DNA of 64,000 nucleotides from contig JAVRCJ020000001.1 of the NCBI GenBank assembly GCA_034530875.2, forward strand, positions 96,001-160,000. Reading direction: 5' to 3'. A model generated the notes under the pieces. That model saw only the letters and a list, made by a program, of their open reading frames with translations. It was not told the DNA's origin and searched no databases. The position numbers and the translations under genes are program-made. Source of the DNA: Nostoc sp. DedSLP01 (GTDB lineage Bacteria > Cyanobacteriota > Cyanobacteriia > Cyanobacteriales > Nostocaceae). Below, in pieces: positions 38,890 to 49,400 of this stretch (position 1 is the first letter of the stretch; every line of letters begins with the position of its first letter).

Positions 38890-40116
38890 ATGCTAGTAGA
38901 AAAGAAAAACTATCGTCGCAAATTAAATCATTTTTTGATGTGTTGCTTGAGTAGTAGTTTGCTAATCGCAAGTAATGGGCTGCCTATCAGTGCTTTAGGA
39001 AAACCTCAAAATTCTCAAAACTTTTTAATTGCCAAATCGCCAGATGAGAGACAACCAGAAGCAGTAAAGAAAGGAATTGAGCAAATTCCAGCTTCTAGTG
39101 CGGCGATACCTGCAAAACGGAAACAGCCTGTTGAGTCACCAATACAACAGAATCGTCAGATATCTTCTGGTACAGAAAATTCCCCGCGTTCCTCTAGGAC
39201 TTCAAGTAATAGTTCTGGTTCTAGAGCATCTGCACGCAGAACTGCTTCTAGCTCAAATGTCAGTCGTGCCAATAATAGCTCTGGTTCTAGAACATCTGTG
39301 CGTAGAGCTTCTAACTCAAACGTCAATCGTTCTAATGTTCGCTCAGCCAGAGTTCGCAAGCCAAGCTCGAATGTAGCTACAGTTAACAGCCAAAATGTTC
39401 AGGATTCACCAACACCTAATTACAAGGAAATTAACTTTGTAGATGTGGCATTGGGTATTTTGGATAAAAAGGACTTTCAGTCTCAAGGTAGATATTTTAA
39501 TTTCTACGAGTTTGAGGGTAGAGAAAATCAATTAGTTCAAATTAGGCTTGTTGGCAGTAACGATACGCGTAGAACAAATAACTTGAGTTTAAAACCTTTA
39601 TTATTTCTGCACGATCCTGATAATAATATTATCGTCAAGAGAAGTACTTCAGATAAAAGCGGTGATGGCGATGATGCGTTCATTTTCGCACGATTACCTG
39701 TGGCTGGGACTTACAAAATTGCAGTTACTAGCCAAGATCCTGGAGAGGTGGGGCGTTATAGTTTGGCTCTAAGGAACGATAGAGCTAGCTATACTTTAGA
39801 TGAATCAGGCCAACTAAGTGCTAAAAGTTCAACGTTAAAACAAAACGGTGGAGCTTACAATGTTTCTAATTTTCAAGGTAGAAAAAATCAGCTGATAAGT
39901 ATTCGTGTAGATAGCATTGATGAAGAATTTTCTCCTTATATCACCTTGCTCAATTCTAAAGGACAGACGATCGCTATAGATAAAAACAAGGATAAAGGTG
40001 ACGTCTATACTGCTTTAATTGACCGAGCTAGGCTACCTGAGGATGATACTTACTATATAGTTGTTACTTCCAAGAATCCACAGGAATACGGTAGATATAG
40101 GTTGACTATTTTCTAA
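38890..40116 (+). CDS. Exported protein with Ser/Arg-rich linker and two PPC-like (pre-peptidase C-terminal) domains
   Basis: Signal-like N-terminus; two Y.F.GR.NQL..I…LP..GTY.I.VTS…GRY.L units. Confidence 0.75.
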   Translation: MLVEKKNYRRKLNHFLMCCLSSSLLIASNGLPISALGKPQNSQNFLIAKSPDERQPEAVKKGIEQIPASSAAIPAKRKQPVESPIQQNRQISSGTENSPRSSRTSSNSSGSRASARRTASSSNVSRANNSSGSRTSVRRASNSNVNRSNVRSARVRKPSSNVATVNSQNVQDSPTPNYKEINFVDVALGILDKKDFQSQGRYFNFYEFEGRENQLVQIRLVGSNDTRRTNNLSLKPLLFLHDPDNNIIVKRSTSDKSGDGDDAFIFARLPVAGTYKIAVTSQDPGEVGRYSLALRNDRASYTLDESGQLSAKSSTLKQNGGAYNVSNFQGRKNQLISIRVDSIDEEFSPYITLLNSKGQTIAIDKNKDKGDVYTALIDRARLPEDDTYYIVVTSKNPQEYGRYRLTIF

Positions 40117-40135
40117 AGGGAAATCAAGTATGTAG

Positions 40136-40164
40136 GTAGAGGCGCACGGGTGTGCGCCCCTTAC
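40136..40164. repeat. REP-like hairpin (GTAG family) between convergent genes
   Basis: GTAGAGGCGCAC-GGGT-GTGCGCCCCTTAC. Confidence 0.6.
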
Positions 40165-40180
40165 AATCTGCTATATCTAA

Positions 40181-41365
40181 CTAAGCAATTTTTTGCTTGA
40201 CTGCTATAGTTTTAATAATGTTTGTAGTTTTTTCAACTCCGGCGCAATCAAAACTAATTTTAGCGTGCTCTTCTTTGAGGTAATTGATAATTTTAATCGC
40301 CAAGTAGTCGGGTTGTAGATCGTAAGGAGCAAGAAGCTTGACGATTCCTAAATCGTTTAATTTTTCGACTCTGATTGTTTGCTCCCGATCTTCTTTGTTA
40401 GCTAAGGGAAGAATCATAGCTCGTACACCTGTGTTTAAAATATTCATTGTGGTGTTATAGCCAGACAGATTTATCGAAAGCTCTGCTTTTTTCATGTAAT
40501 GTAGCAAGTAAGGAGTATGGCGTCGAATGTTAATATTTTTAGTATCTTTTGCTATTGCTTGCAGCTCCTTAAATTTTGAATCTGGTATAAATGGGCCGGT
40601 AAAAACCTGAATAGTATGGGGCAATCCTTTCTCTAAAAAAGCTGCTGTTCTGACTACACAATCAAGCAGTTGGTGGCCAAACCTGCCACCTCCAATGCTG
40701 ACTAATATTAGAGGTTTATCTGACTTAATAATTTCTCTATCTTCATAAGTGAAAACCGGATTATTCGGTGGCTCTTGTACTATATATCCGGTGTAATATA
40801 CTTGACATTTGAGGTCATGGACTCTAGAAAAGGTTTGTTCTAATGGGACAAAACCAGGGTCACCATGAACCAGCAACATATCAAAATACTTATCGATCAA
40901 GTTGCAGACTTTATCTTCATTTTTTGCCTTTTTATTTTGTTTGGTAATTACAATATCTCGTAAGCTACAAACGACTTTTGTTGAATTATTTGATTTTGCC
41001 AATTCTAATAAAGGAATTAATTCAAAAGAAAAGCGTCTTCTGCCAAAAGGAAATAATTCTACAATTAAAATATCAGGCTGGAATTCATTAAAGATTTTTA
41101 AAAGCTGATTTTTACGGATTTCTTTGACTTCATTCAGGCTAAAAGCATCATCTACTACTTCTTCTTCTGTAAATTGTGGATCGGTTTTAATAGCAGGTAA
41201 ATTGATGACTTCTACACCAGCAGGAATTTCAAACCCTTTAATGATTTCACCGCCGTTAATAAAACAAACTTGGAAGTCTTTAGTTAAACCGCGTACAATT
41301 TCCCTGCTGCGAATTAGATGCCCCATGCCTAGAATATGTTGGCAGTAAAACATAAGACGTTTCAT
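40181..41365 (-). CDS. GT-B fold glycosyltransferase (GT28 C-terminal-like)
   Basis: YCQHILGMGHLIRS, ELFPFGRRRF, SIGGGRFG, SGYNTTMN, EQTIR. Confidence 0.88.
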   Translation of the reverse strand: MKRLMFYCQHILGMGHLIRSREIVRGLTKDFQVCFINGGEIIKGFEIPAGVEVINLPAIKTDPQFTEEEVVDDAFSLNEVKEIRKNQLLKIFNEFQPDILIVELFPFGRRRFSFELIPLLELAKSNNSTKVVCSLRDIVITKQNKKAKNEDKVCNLIDKYFDMLLVHGDPGFVPLEQTFSRVHDLKCQVYYTGYIVQEPPNNPVFTYEDREIIKSDKPLILVSIGGGRFGHQLLDCVVRTAAFLEKGLPHTIQVFTGPFIPDSKFKELQAIAKDTKNINIRRHTPYLLHYMKKAELSINLSGYNTTMNILNTGVRAMILPLANKEDREQTIRVEKLNDLGIVKLLAPYDLQPDYLAIKIINYLKEEHAKISFDCAGVEKTTNIIKTIAVKQKIA

Positions 41366-41591
41366 GGAAATTTTACCTCTGTCAGTTTGTATGAGCGAAC
41401 AAATTAAAAGTTGAAAAGCAAAAAGAAATATGAAATAAATCTTTTTTTACTTTTTCTTCCAATTCATAACTAAATTAAGTAATTACTACGATCGCCAATC
41501 GTAAAATGAAATCGGGATATTATTTTTTACATGTAAGATGAATATGCTTTGGCGAATTTTTGGCGAAGCATTGAGATTAATTTTGGGAATG

Positions 41592-41903
41592 TTAACCTGT
41601 AGAATATACAGTTCTTGTAGCAGCGATCGCCGATAAAATTAACTCTGAGCCTAATCTTACTGTTACACAAATTTTTCTCTGCAAGTACTTAGCAGACATT
41701 TCAGCCGATGTCCCCCGATTTAAGTATGGTGTCCTTATATAATCCAGACTTTTCGGTAGTTGAAATCTTTGCAACATCGGTAAATCAGAAAATACTAGAA
41801 TAGGAACTTTCGCAATTAAATCTAGTAAGGAAGTGCAGGTTTGCAACATTCTAGAAATATTACCGAAACCAATTCCATAATTCAAATATACTATCAGCCT
41901 CAT
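41592..41903 (-). pseudogene. Degenerate, truncated N-terminus of a paralogous glycosyltransferase
   Basis: MRLIVYLNYGIGFGNISRML…LPKSLDYIRTPYLNR parallels the neighbour's N-terminus; stops after 103 aa. Confidence 0.65.
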
Positions 41904-42054
41904 GGCTAAGTTTACCTCAATTATTCAGTGCAGTTTGTTCTTTTTTGTCAAAATTAAAGTATGTAGAACTCACGGATAAATAAGTAGGTCTTAAGCCAAT
42001 TTCAATTGTTAACTGACAATTTTAAATTATGATTTAACTATATTTTCATTATTT

Positions 42055-42097
42055 GATGAACTTTTAATGAAAGTTTTATGAGAAAATTCTCATAAAA
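42055..42097. promoter_or_regulatory. OmpR-family (ManR-like) direct-repeat box
   Basis: GATGAACT-TTT-AATGAAAG-TTT-TATGAGAA at 11-bp period, followed by inverted TTCTCATA. Confidence 0.5.
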
Positions 42098-42632
42098 TAT
42101 TATTCCAGCAAAAATGAAACTGAACGCATCAGTTTTTCCCAAAGAGCGATCGCTCGCATGAGCAGAATGAAAGACTTCACATTCGTGACTCTCTACCTAT
42201 GCAAATAAATTCAGAAATCACAAGAAAATACTATAGCAATTTGTCCATTAAATATCAAGCTATTAAATACACAAAATAATATTTATTCCAACAATCTTTG
42301 CAACATAGCGATCGCTTTTAGAAACGCACAAATGTGCGTCCTTAACCACTGTATTTGTCATATTATTTTTGGTATAACTTCCCAAGCTATGTATTAAGCT
42401 CTTGATACAGTAGGGGGATGTAACACCCTTGCAAAGCGAGCAAAACTTTGCTTATAAATTCTGTATTTTGCTGTATAAATCATTATTGAAATAATCGGGT
42501 CGAAAACCTGGCCTTTTAAGGCGAAAAGTTTTTGGAATAGGGTATAAATTCTCGTTACAAAAACAGCCTCCTGCCCCCTGCCGATGCTCGCGGACACGGC
42601 GAATCGCTGCTCTATCCTGCCTCCTGCCTTCG

Positions 42633-43781
42633 TTAACAGTTTGTATCTTTGCTACTCCATCGTTTTTCAGGAGATTTCCTTTGTTGGCTACAACGTAATT
42701 CTTCTAAGGCTAATTGTAAGCGTTGAGTTTTATCATTTAACTCTTGTGTACGCTCCCGTACTTTCTTTTCTAAGACTTGGCTGTATACTTCTAGCTGCTC
42801 GTTAGCATCCTTTTGAGCTTTGATGAGTTGCTGAACTTCCTGGATCAGACGATTGAGAGAAGCTGCTAAAATACCAACTTCATCATTAGTTGTTATGGGC
42901 GCTTGTAAATCGAAATTAGATTCTTCTGTAACCTGTTGGGCAATATGAGTAACTGCTTGAATGGGACGGGCAATGGCGCGACTAGTGTAAATTGCGAGTA
43001 ATGCGGCGATCGCAATTGATAATGACAGGCTACCAGCGATAATATATAAGCGTAATTGTTCTGCCGTTTGTAGTTCCTGTTTTGCTTGCTCGTAGTCTTT
43101 GGCTGTCAGTTTCACCAGGTTTGTGATGTCATCAAGAAAGTCATCCATCGAAAAAACTGGAGAGCCATGCATGAAATTGAAGAGTTGAGTTCGTGCTGTC
43201 TTAATTTCAACTGGTGATAATTTTTTGGGATTATGAGCTTCAAAAAAAGCTTCTGTACGCTGTAAGTAAGCACTAAAACCTTTATAGTTCTCAGACAAAA
43301 GGTAGAATGCTTTTTGCTCCTTTACAGTATCGTGTTTCGTCAGCTTCTGAATGCCGTAATTCCCTGTTAATTCAGCCCAGGCTTGTCGGGCTTGGGCAAC
43401 ATACTCTGATAATTGAGTATAATTTTTTTCCCATAGTTTTGGTCTATCCATGTACAGAAGCAGTTGGTGTTGAGTGGTGCGTACATAAAACAGACTCGTT
43501 TTTAATTGCGATACCTGATATAATTCTTCAAATGCTGTATCTTCTCGTTTTTGTGCCTTGTGCTTGTAACGATCTGCGATCGAAAAACCTATACTAGTTC
43601 CTAGCACGGCAATGCTGACAACGAGACCATATCCAATAGCTATTTTTTGACCAAGTTTCAAATGACTTAACCAATATCCAGAACTGCTTGTTTGTGGGTT
43701 TGAATTTATTGGTGGTTGGAGGCGACTATTGGAGCAGCTACAAGGCAGTTTATCAAAATTCTTGTGCTGTTTCATACTCAA
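42633..43781 (-). CDS. Two-TM sensor with HAMP domain but no kinase domain (possibly a truncated histidine kinase)
   Basis: TM-periplasmic-TM, HAMP (IARPI…DEVGILAASLNRL), S-helix LEKKVRERTQEL, then stop with no H-box. Confidence 0.7.
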   Translation of the reverse strand: MSMKQHKNFDKLPCSCSNSRLQPPINSNPQTSSSGYWLSHLKLGQKIAIGYGLVVSIAVLGTSIGFSIADRYKHKAQKREDTAFEELYQVSQLKTSLFYVRTTQHQLLLYMDRPKLWEKNYTQLSEYVAQARQAWAELTGNYGIQKLTKHDTVKEQKAFYLLSENYKGFSAYLQRTEAFFEAHNPKKLSPVEIKTARTQLFNFMHGSPVFSMDDFLDDITNLVKLTAKDYEQAKQELQTAEQLRLYIIAGSLSLSIAIAALLAIYTSRAIARPIQAVTHIAQQVTEESNFDLQAPITTNDEVGILAASLNRLIQEVQQLIKAQKDANEQLEVYSQVLEKKVRERTQELNDKTQRLQLALEELRCSQQRKSPEKRWSSKDTNC

Positions 43782-44039
43782 TCACAACCTTAAATGGGTT
43801 TGTATCAGTGCGAGCAAATCATATTTATTTGCTCGAATCTCAAAGGCGATCGCTTCGTGGCGCTCGTCTTTATAGACTTTGATGATAATAATAGGAAATC
43901 ATATTATAATCAATAACCATCGCCTTTTGGATAACTGAGTCCGGCGCTATTTTTAATTACATCAAAAGCCAGCACTTTTGATGAACTTAATCGAATCTAG
44001 CACGATAAAGATTGCCCAATTGTGAATTCTAAATTATTC

Positions 44040-44711
44040 CTATTGTGTCCGCAAGCGATAACCGATTCCTCTAACTGTTTCAATAATGTTGCTGCCTAAT
44101 TTCTTGCGGAGATAACCAACATAGACATCAACAATATTAGAACCTGGATTATAATCGTAGCCCCAAACGTAATCTAATAGTTGTTCTCGACTAATAACTT
44201 GTCCGGGATAACGGCAAAACATTTCTGCCATTGTAAATTCACGAGCAGGTAATTCTACAAAGCGATCGCCTACTTTCACTCGTCGAGTCCGCAAATCCAG
44301 TACTACACTACCTGCTGTCAGTATAAACTCTTGGGTATCTGTGGCTGGTCTAGCAGTTCGCAAACGCAACTTGATCCGCGCCAGAAGTTCTTCAAATCGG
44401 AAGGGTTTAGTAACATAATCATCCGCGCCTCCTTCCAGTCCCGCAACTTTATCGTGAATGTCACTCCGAGCCGAGAGAATAATTACAGGCAGATTTTCTC
44501 CCTGTCCGCGCAGTTCTTCCAATACCTGCAATCCGTCTTTTCCAGGCAATCCCAAATCCAAAATTAGCAAGTCAAAGTTTCCACTTTGGACAACATCAAC
44601 CACATAAAGTCCATCGGCAACCGTTGTCGTCGTAAATCCTTGCGATCGCAATCCTTTTTCAATAAATGAGGCAATCCGGGGTTCATCTTCAGCGATAAGA
44701 ATGTGAGGCAT
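44040..44711 (-). CDS. OmpR-family response regulator
   Basis: EDE, LILDLGLP, ADDYVTKPF, wHTH VDVYVGYLRKKL…TVRGIGY. Confidence 0.95.
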   Translation of the reverse strand: MPHILIAEDEPRIASFIEKGLRSQGFTTTTVADGLYVVDVVQSGNFDLLILDLGLPGKDGLQVLEELRGQGENLPVIILSARSDIHDKVAGLEGGADDYVTKPFRFEELLARIKLRLRTARPATDTQEFILTAGSVVLDLRTRRVKVGDRFVELPAREFTMAEMFCRYPGQVISREQLLDYVWGYDYNPGSNIVDVYVGYLRKKLGSNIIETVRGIGYRLRTQ

Positions 44712-44725
44712 AGGAATTTGTGAAG

Positions 44726-44949
44726 AAGAATTCAGAACTCAGAATTCAGGATTCAGTATTCAATCTGTGAATTTTACGTTTAAAATCGAACTTTAGCTTT
44801 CTACGCGAACACCTTTAATGGGCGAAACTAGTAATATTTTCTCTGAAAAGTGTATTCCTAGTTTCAACAATTGAGAGTACTCAACCTGGCACTAGTGACT
44901 TTTCACTTTATAGATACAGTATTCTGACTCCTGACTCCTGAATTCTGTT
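44726..44949. mobile_element. MITE-like element with heptamer-rich inverted ends between the kinase and regulator genes
   Basis: AAGAATTCAGAACTCAGAATTCAG…ATTCTGACTCCTGACTCCTGAATTCTGTT. Confidence 0.5.
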
Positions 44950-45024
44950 TTAAGTAGACGAACATAATTAAATGTAAAATCCAAAGCAGCATAAACCTCT
45001 TGCCCCCTGCCTCCTGCCTTCTAC

Positions 45025-46593
45025 TTATATTTTGGGAGGATCGAGGGGTAAAACGATAGTAAACATAGAGCCTTTTCCTAGCTGACTACGCAGCAATACT
45101 TGTCCGTTATGTGCCTCAGCGATCGCTCGGACAATGGACAATCCCAATCCCGCACCCTCGGAACGACGACGACTGTTAGAAGTCCGAGCAAAACGTTCAA
45201 AAATCCGTTTTCGATCTACTATGGGAATCCCTTCGCCTGTATCGCGTACCCAAAAACGTACCTTTCCTTTAGCGATCGCAGAACCGATGGAAATCGTATC
45301 ACCCTTGAAAGTATGCTGAGTTGCATTTTGCGCCAAATTCATCACGGCCTCAGTAATTCTTTGGCGATCGACTATAATCTGACCCCTCGCCACCGTATCT
45401 AGTTGCCAGTCTCGCTCTCCTAGTGCTTGAGCTTTGATAAATAACTCTTTAGTTAACTCTGCTACATTCACCGTCGCCAGCTGTAAAAAATCTAAACGTT
45501 CTGCCTTTGCCAGCAAAATTAAATCATCTACTAGACGGCTCATCCGGTCTAATTCTCCCATCACCAATGCCAAAGTTTCCTTTTGTTCTTGAGGATCGTC
45601 TCCCATCAGTTCCAGATGTCCGCGAATGATAGTAATAGGAGTCCGTATTTCATGCCCAGCATCGTTGACAAATTCCCGCTGGGTGGCAAAAGCTGACTCT
45701 AGCCTGTCCATCATTTCATTGAATGTCGTTGCTAGTTCTGCCAGTTCCCCCTTCCCTTGTACGGGTAAGCGCTGGGTCAAATCTGACTCGCTAATTGCAT
45801 GGGCAGTACTAGTAATTGTTCGTAGGGGAGCTAGCACCCGTCCTGCTGCAAACCAAGCTAGAATTAACGACACTACAAACACTAAACTAGAAACTTCAAT
45901 AATCACCGAAACTGCTTCTAAAGTCTCTGCCCGTTGCCCGGTTGTATTATGGGCAACCACAAAGACTCCCCGAATTTTTCCATTAATTTTAATCGGTTCT
46001 ACCATGTAAAGAATCTTACTCAGTTCGGGGTCTGAAAATTCTTTTTCTCCCTGCTCGGGTTTGGTTTGTTTTGCCCACCGTTGCATCAGTGGTGATTCCT
46101 TGGCAAGTGCTTTAGGACGCCCTCTAGGACTGGATTTATAAAATTTACCATCCACAAAAGTGATAAAGTAAGAGTCATCCTCTGGTAACCGATATAACAA
46201 ATAAGCTCTCAAAAGCCCCATCAAATCTTCTTTAGAAGTTGGAGGAGCGATTTGTTTTTTCCCTGCGAGCAAAGATTTTAATTGTTCTGAACCAATGACT
46301 ATTTCTTCTGGGTCATCTTCCTCAGCCAGAACATCATCTACAGCAATGGTATTACCTGTAATCAACGCATTGAAAGCTGCCATATCTTCTAACATGTCTT
46401 GGCGAACGCGTTCGTCAATACGCTGATAGAGATGGTAGCGAAAAGCCGGAATGGCGATGAGAAATGTTATCCCTAAAATTAGCAAATACCAGAACAAAAT
46501 TCTGGTACGTGCTTCTCCAAATACTTGCTGCCAGCTCAAAAACAGCTTTGATATTTTAATCCCAGGCCGGCGATGGCTGGCGATACCACTCAT
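45025..46593 (-). CDS. HAMP-domain sensor histidine kinase
   Basis: Two TM, HAMP, H-box AGHEIRTP, N-box NLAQNA, DTGEGI, GAGLGL. Confidence 0.95.
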   Translation of the reverse strand: MSGIASHRRPGIKISKLFLSWQQVFGEARTRILFWYLLILGITFLIAIPAFRYHLYQRIDERVRQDMLEDMAAFNALITGNTIAVDDVLAEEDDPEEIVIGSEQLKSLLAGKKQIAPPTSKEDLMGLLRAYLLYRLPEDDSYFITFVDGKFYKSSPRGRPKALAKESPLMQRWAKQTKPEQGEKEFSDPELSKILYMVEPIKINGKIRGVFVVAHNTTGQRAETLEAVSVIIEVSSLVFVVSLILAWFAAGRVLAPLRTITSTAHAISESDLTQRLPVQGKGELAELATTFNEMMDRLESAFATQREFVNDAGHEIRTPITIIRGHLELMGDDPQEQKETLALVMGELDRMSRLVDDLILLAKAERLDFLQLATVNVAELTKELFIKAQALGERDWQLDTVARGQIIVDRQRITEAVMNLAQNATQHTFKGDTISIGSAIAKGKVRFWVRDTGEGIPIVDRKRIFERFARTSNSRRRSEGAGLGLSIVRAIAEAHNGQVLLRSQLGKGSMFTIVLPLDPPKI

Positions 46594-46733
46594 TTTTATC
46601 CCTGCTCGCTCCTTGAGACAGTTTACCGCAATTGGGGGCTGGGGATTGGGGATTGGGGACTAAGAACCAATACGCTTGGCTTTGTGGAATTTATCTATTC
46701 AGGTAGGCAGAGGGAACTGCTGGCGGGAATAGC

Positions 46734-48773
46734 TCAATTAAATAACCGCCAAATTTTAATAGTATTGTCATCGCTACCGCTGACAAGGATTTTGCCATCA
46801 GGGCTGAAGGCGACAGAGGTTACAGTGTTGGTGTGGGCTGCCAATGTGAGAATTTCTTCTCCGGTGGCAATATTCCAGAGTTTAATGGTGCGATCGCGGC
46901 TGGCGCTGGCAAGAATTTGACCATCGGGACTGAAGGCTACGGTTGTGACTGTGTTAGTATGTCCCACTAAGGTGCGAATTTCCCTTCCGGTGGTAATATT
47001 CCAGAGTTTAATAGTGCGGTCGCGGCTAGCGCTGGCTAGAGTTTTACCATCTGGGCTAATAGCTACGCTTGTTACTGTTTGAGAATTTCCCTCTAAGGTG
47101 CGAATTGAATACCCCTTTGCCAGATTCCAAATTTTGATGGTTTTGTCAAAACTGCCACTGGCAAGAATTACGCCATCCGGACTGATAGCAAGCGATCGCA
47201 CCCAAAATGTATGCCCTGTCAGCGTCTTAATTCGCTCTCCGGTTGCTAAATCCCAGATTTTGATGGTGTTGTCATCGCTACCGCTAACTAAGGTTTGGCT
47301 GTCAGCACTGATAGCTAAGGTATGAACTGAGTCTGAATGCCCTGTGAGGGTGCGAATTTGCCGTCCTGTTGCCAGAGTCCAGATTTTGATGCTGTTGTCA
47401 TCATTACCGCTAACCAGAGTTTTACCATCTGGGCTAATAAGCACAACGTTTACTTGACCGGAATAGGTGTTAATTGAAGAGATTTGTTTTCCTGTTGCGA
47501 GATTCCAAAGTTTAATTTTGCGGTCGTCGCCACTGCTGACTATGGTTTTACCATCGGGGCTGATGGCGACGGATAAAACTGAGTTTTCGTGCCCTGGGAG
47601 AGTATTAACTAAGGAAACGTTGCCTAAGGTAATTTGTGGCGCTTGACTTAAAAGTGGGTTGTTTCTGTTAGGACTATTTTGCTGAATCAGCCGAGAAGAC
47701 AAACCCATTTGAATCCGCCGAAAATGTTTATACCAAGATTCACTAAATCCAAACAACATAATAAAAGCACTTACCAAGATTAAAATCCTCAGTAAGCTAT
47801 AACTTTTTGGTAAATGTGATGCTTTAGTTACCGGGATTGTAACAGTTGAATTCCTAGCTGGCGGTAATGCCAGTGGTTGTTTTTGCATCAAGTCTTTAAG
47901 AACTTCATCAACTGACTGGTAACGTTGTTGAATGTCTTTTTTTAAAAGCTTATCGATTACTAAATCCAATTCAGCATTTAATGGAGTGCGTAAATATTGC
48001 CGCCAATTACTCACCCAGGCGTACCCAGATTCCATCCACAATTGAAAGGGAGAAGTTCCTGTTAACAAATGAAAACAGGTAGCCCCTAAACCGAACAAGT
48101 CACTGGCTTTAACAGCTTTGCCATCTCTAATTTGTTCTAAAGGAGAATAACCGTGCGAACCAATGGAGGTGCCAGATTTATTGTGAACTCTAGCAGTGAA
48201 TTGCTTGGAGGAACCAAAATCAATCAAACTCAATCGCCCATCGCTTTTATTGCGGATAATATTTTCCGGCTTGATATCTCGATGAATAACATTGCGATCG
48301 TGAATAAATTTGAGTACTGGCAATAAATCCAGCAAAATAGCTTGAATTTCTCTAGCACTATAAGGCTTCTTACGCTGTTGTAACTCCTTTAATAAATTGT
48401 CGCCATTGATAAATTGCTGCACTAAATACAAGCAGCCATCTTGCTCAAAATAAGCCAACAGAGTCGGAATTTGGGGATGTTCCCCCAGGTCTTGGAGTCG
48501 CTGTGCTTCTTGGGCAAACAACTCCATCGCCTTTTTTTGCGACCAAGTTCCTTGAAATTTTGGAGCTAATTGCTTGACTACACAACGTTCGTTGAGTTTG
48601 TCTATATCTTCTGATAGATAGGTTCTGCCAAATCCCCCTTCATCCGAAAGGACTCGGATAACACGGAAGCGATTTCTCAAAAGTGACACCAAGGGAGTGC
48701 CGCAACTTTGGCAAAACTTCTTTCCATTGGGGTTTAGGGGATTTGGGCAATCGGGATTTAAGCAGCAGATCAT
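46734..48773 (-). CDS. Ser/Thr protein kinase with TM helix and 7 WD40 repeats
   Basis: Start MICCLNPDC…CQSCG; HRDIKPEN, DFG; WD40 repeats; paralog of 36437-38485. Confidence 0.95.
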   Translation of the reverse strand: MICCLNPDCPNPLNPNGKKFCQSCGTPLVSLLRNRFRVIRVLSDEGGFGRTYLSEDIDKLNERCVVKQLAPKFQGTWSQKKAMELFAQEAQRLQDLGEHPQIPTLLAYFEQDGCLYLVQQFINGDNLLKELQQRKKPYSAREIQAILLDLLPVLKFIHDRNVIHRDIKPENIIRNKSDGRLSLIDFGSSKQFTARVHNKSGTSIGSHGYSPLEQIRDGKAVKASDLFGLGATCFHLLTGTSPFQLWMESGYAWVSNWRQYLRTPLNAELDLVIDKLLKKDIQQRYQSVDEVLKDLMQKQPLALPPARNSTVTIPVTKASHLPKSYSLLRILILVSAFIMLFGFSESWYKHFRRIQMGLSSRLIQQNSPNRNNPLLSQAPQITLGNVSLVNTLPGHENSVLSVAISPDGKTIVSSGDDRKIKLWNLATGKQISSINTYSGQVNVVLISPDGKTLVSGNDDNSIKIWTLATGRQIRTLTGHSDSVHTLAISADSQTLVSGSDDNTIKIWDLATGERIKTLTGHTFWVRSLAISPDGVILASGSFDKTIKIWNLAKGYSIRTLEGNSQTVTSVAISPDGKTLASASRDRTIKLWNITTGREIRTLVGHTNTVTTVAFSPDGQILASASRDRTIKLWNIATGEEILTLAAHTNTVTSVAFSPDGKILVSGSDDNTIKIWRLFN

Positions 48774-49254
48774 GATCTGACAGGCGCGACTGCATGACAA
48801 CTTAAGCTAAGTTTGCCCCGTATTTACCCTTAAAAAATTAACTCTCGCTGACTTTTGGTAGACAAATCCTGTTCTAGGGATTGGGGAATTACTTAATTTT
48901 GTGGAAAACTACGAGAGCCTTTATGATTAATTATTCTTCCGATTATATAGTAATCGGAAAAATAATTTTTTCGGAACTCTTAGCTCTAGTAATTTTTCTT
49001 GTATATTAACAATCAACAAGCAACTAAGTATTAAAGTCTAAACCCAATTCATTAACCATTACTGACTATAAAATATAGTCAGAATTCTTACTAAATCGTT
49101 TTTTGGGATTTTCTAATTTCCACGATTATTTATTCATTTGATACTTACTGAGCTTAACCGTGCAACTTTTTAGAGCGAATTTAAAAAATTAAATTAGCAA
49201 ATTTTTAGCTAGAAGGAGATTATTCTGATTGTTCTTCCCCTACTCCCTCTGCTC

Positions 49255-49364
49255 ATACCAATTCACAATTCACAATTTGCAATTCGCAATTCGCAATTAA
49301 AAAACTTAGACACAGCAAAGCTTTTAGGGTTTACATCTGTATCAGATTTTTCGTGAAATGGTAT
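49255..49364. mobile_element. MITE-like element (ATACCAATTCAC family)
   Basis: ATACCAATTCAC…GTGAAATGGTAT terminal repeats; interior similar to 53552-53640. Confidence 0.65.
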
Positions 49365-49400
49365 CAGACAGTGATGGTATATTTTTTAATTGGAAGTATC

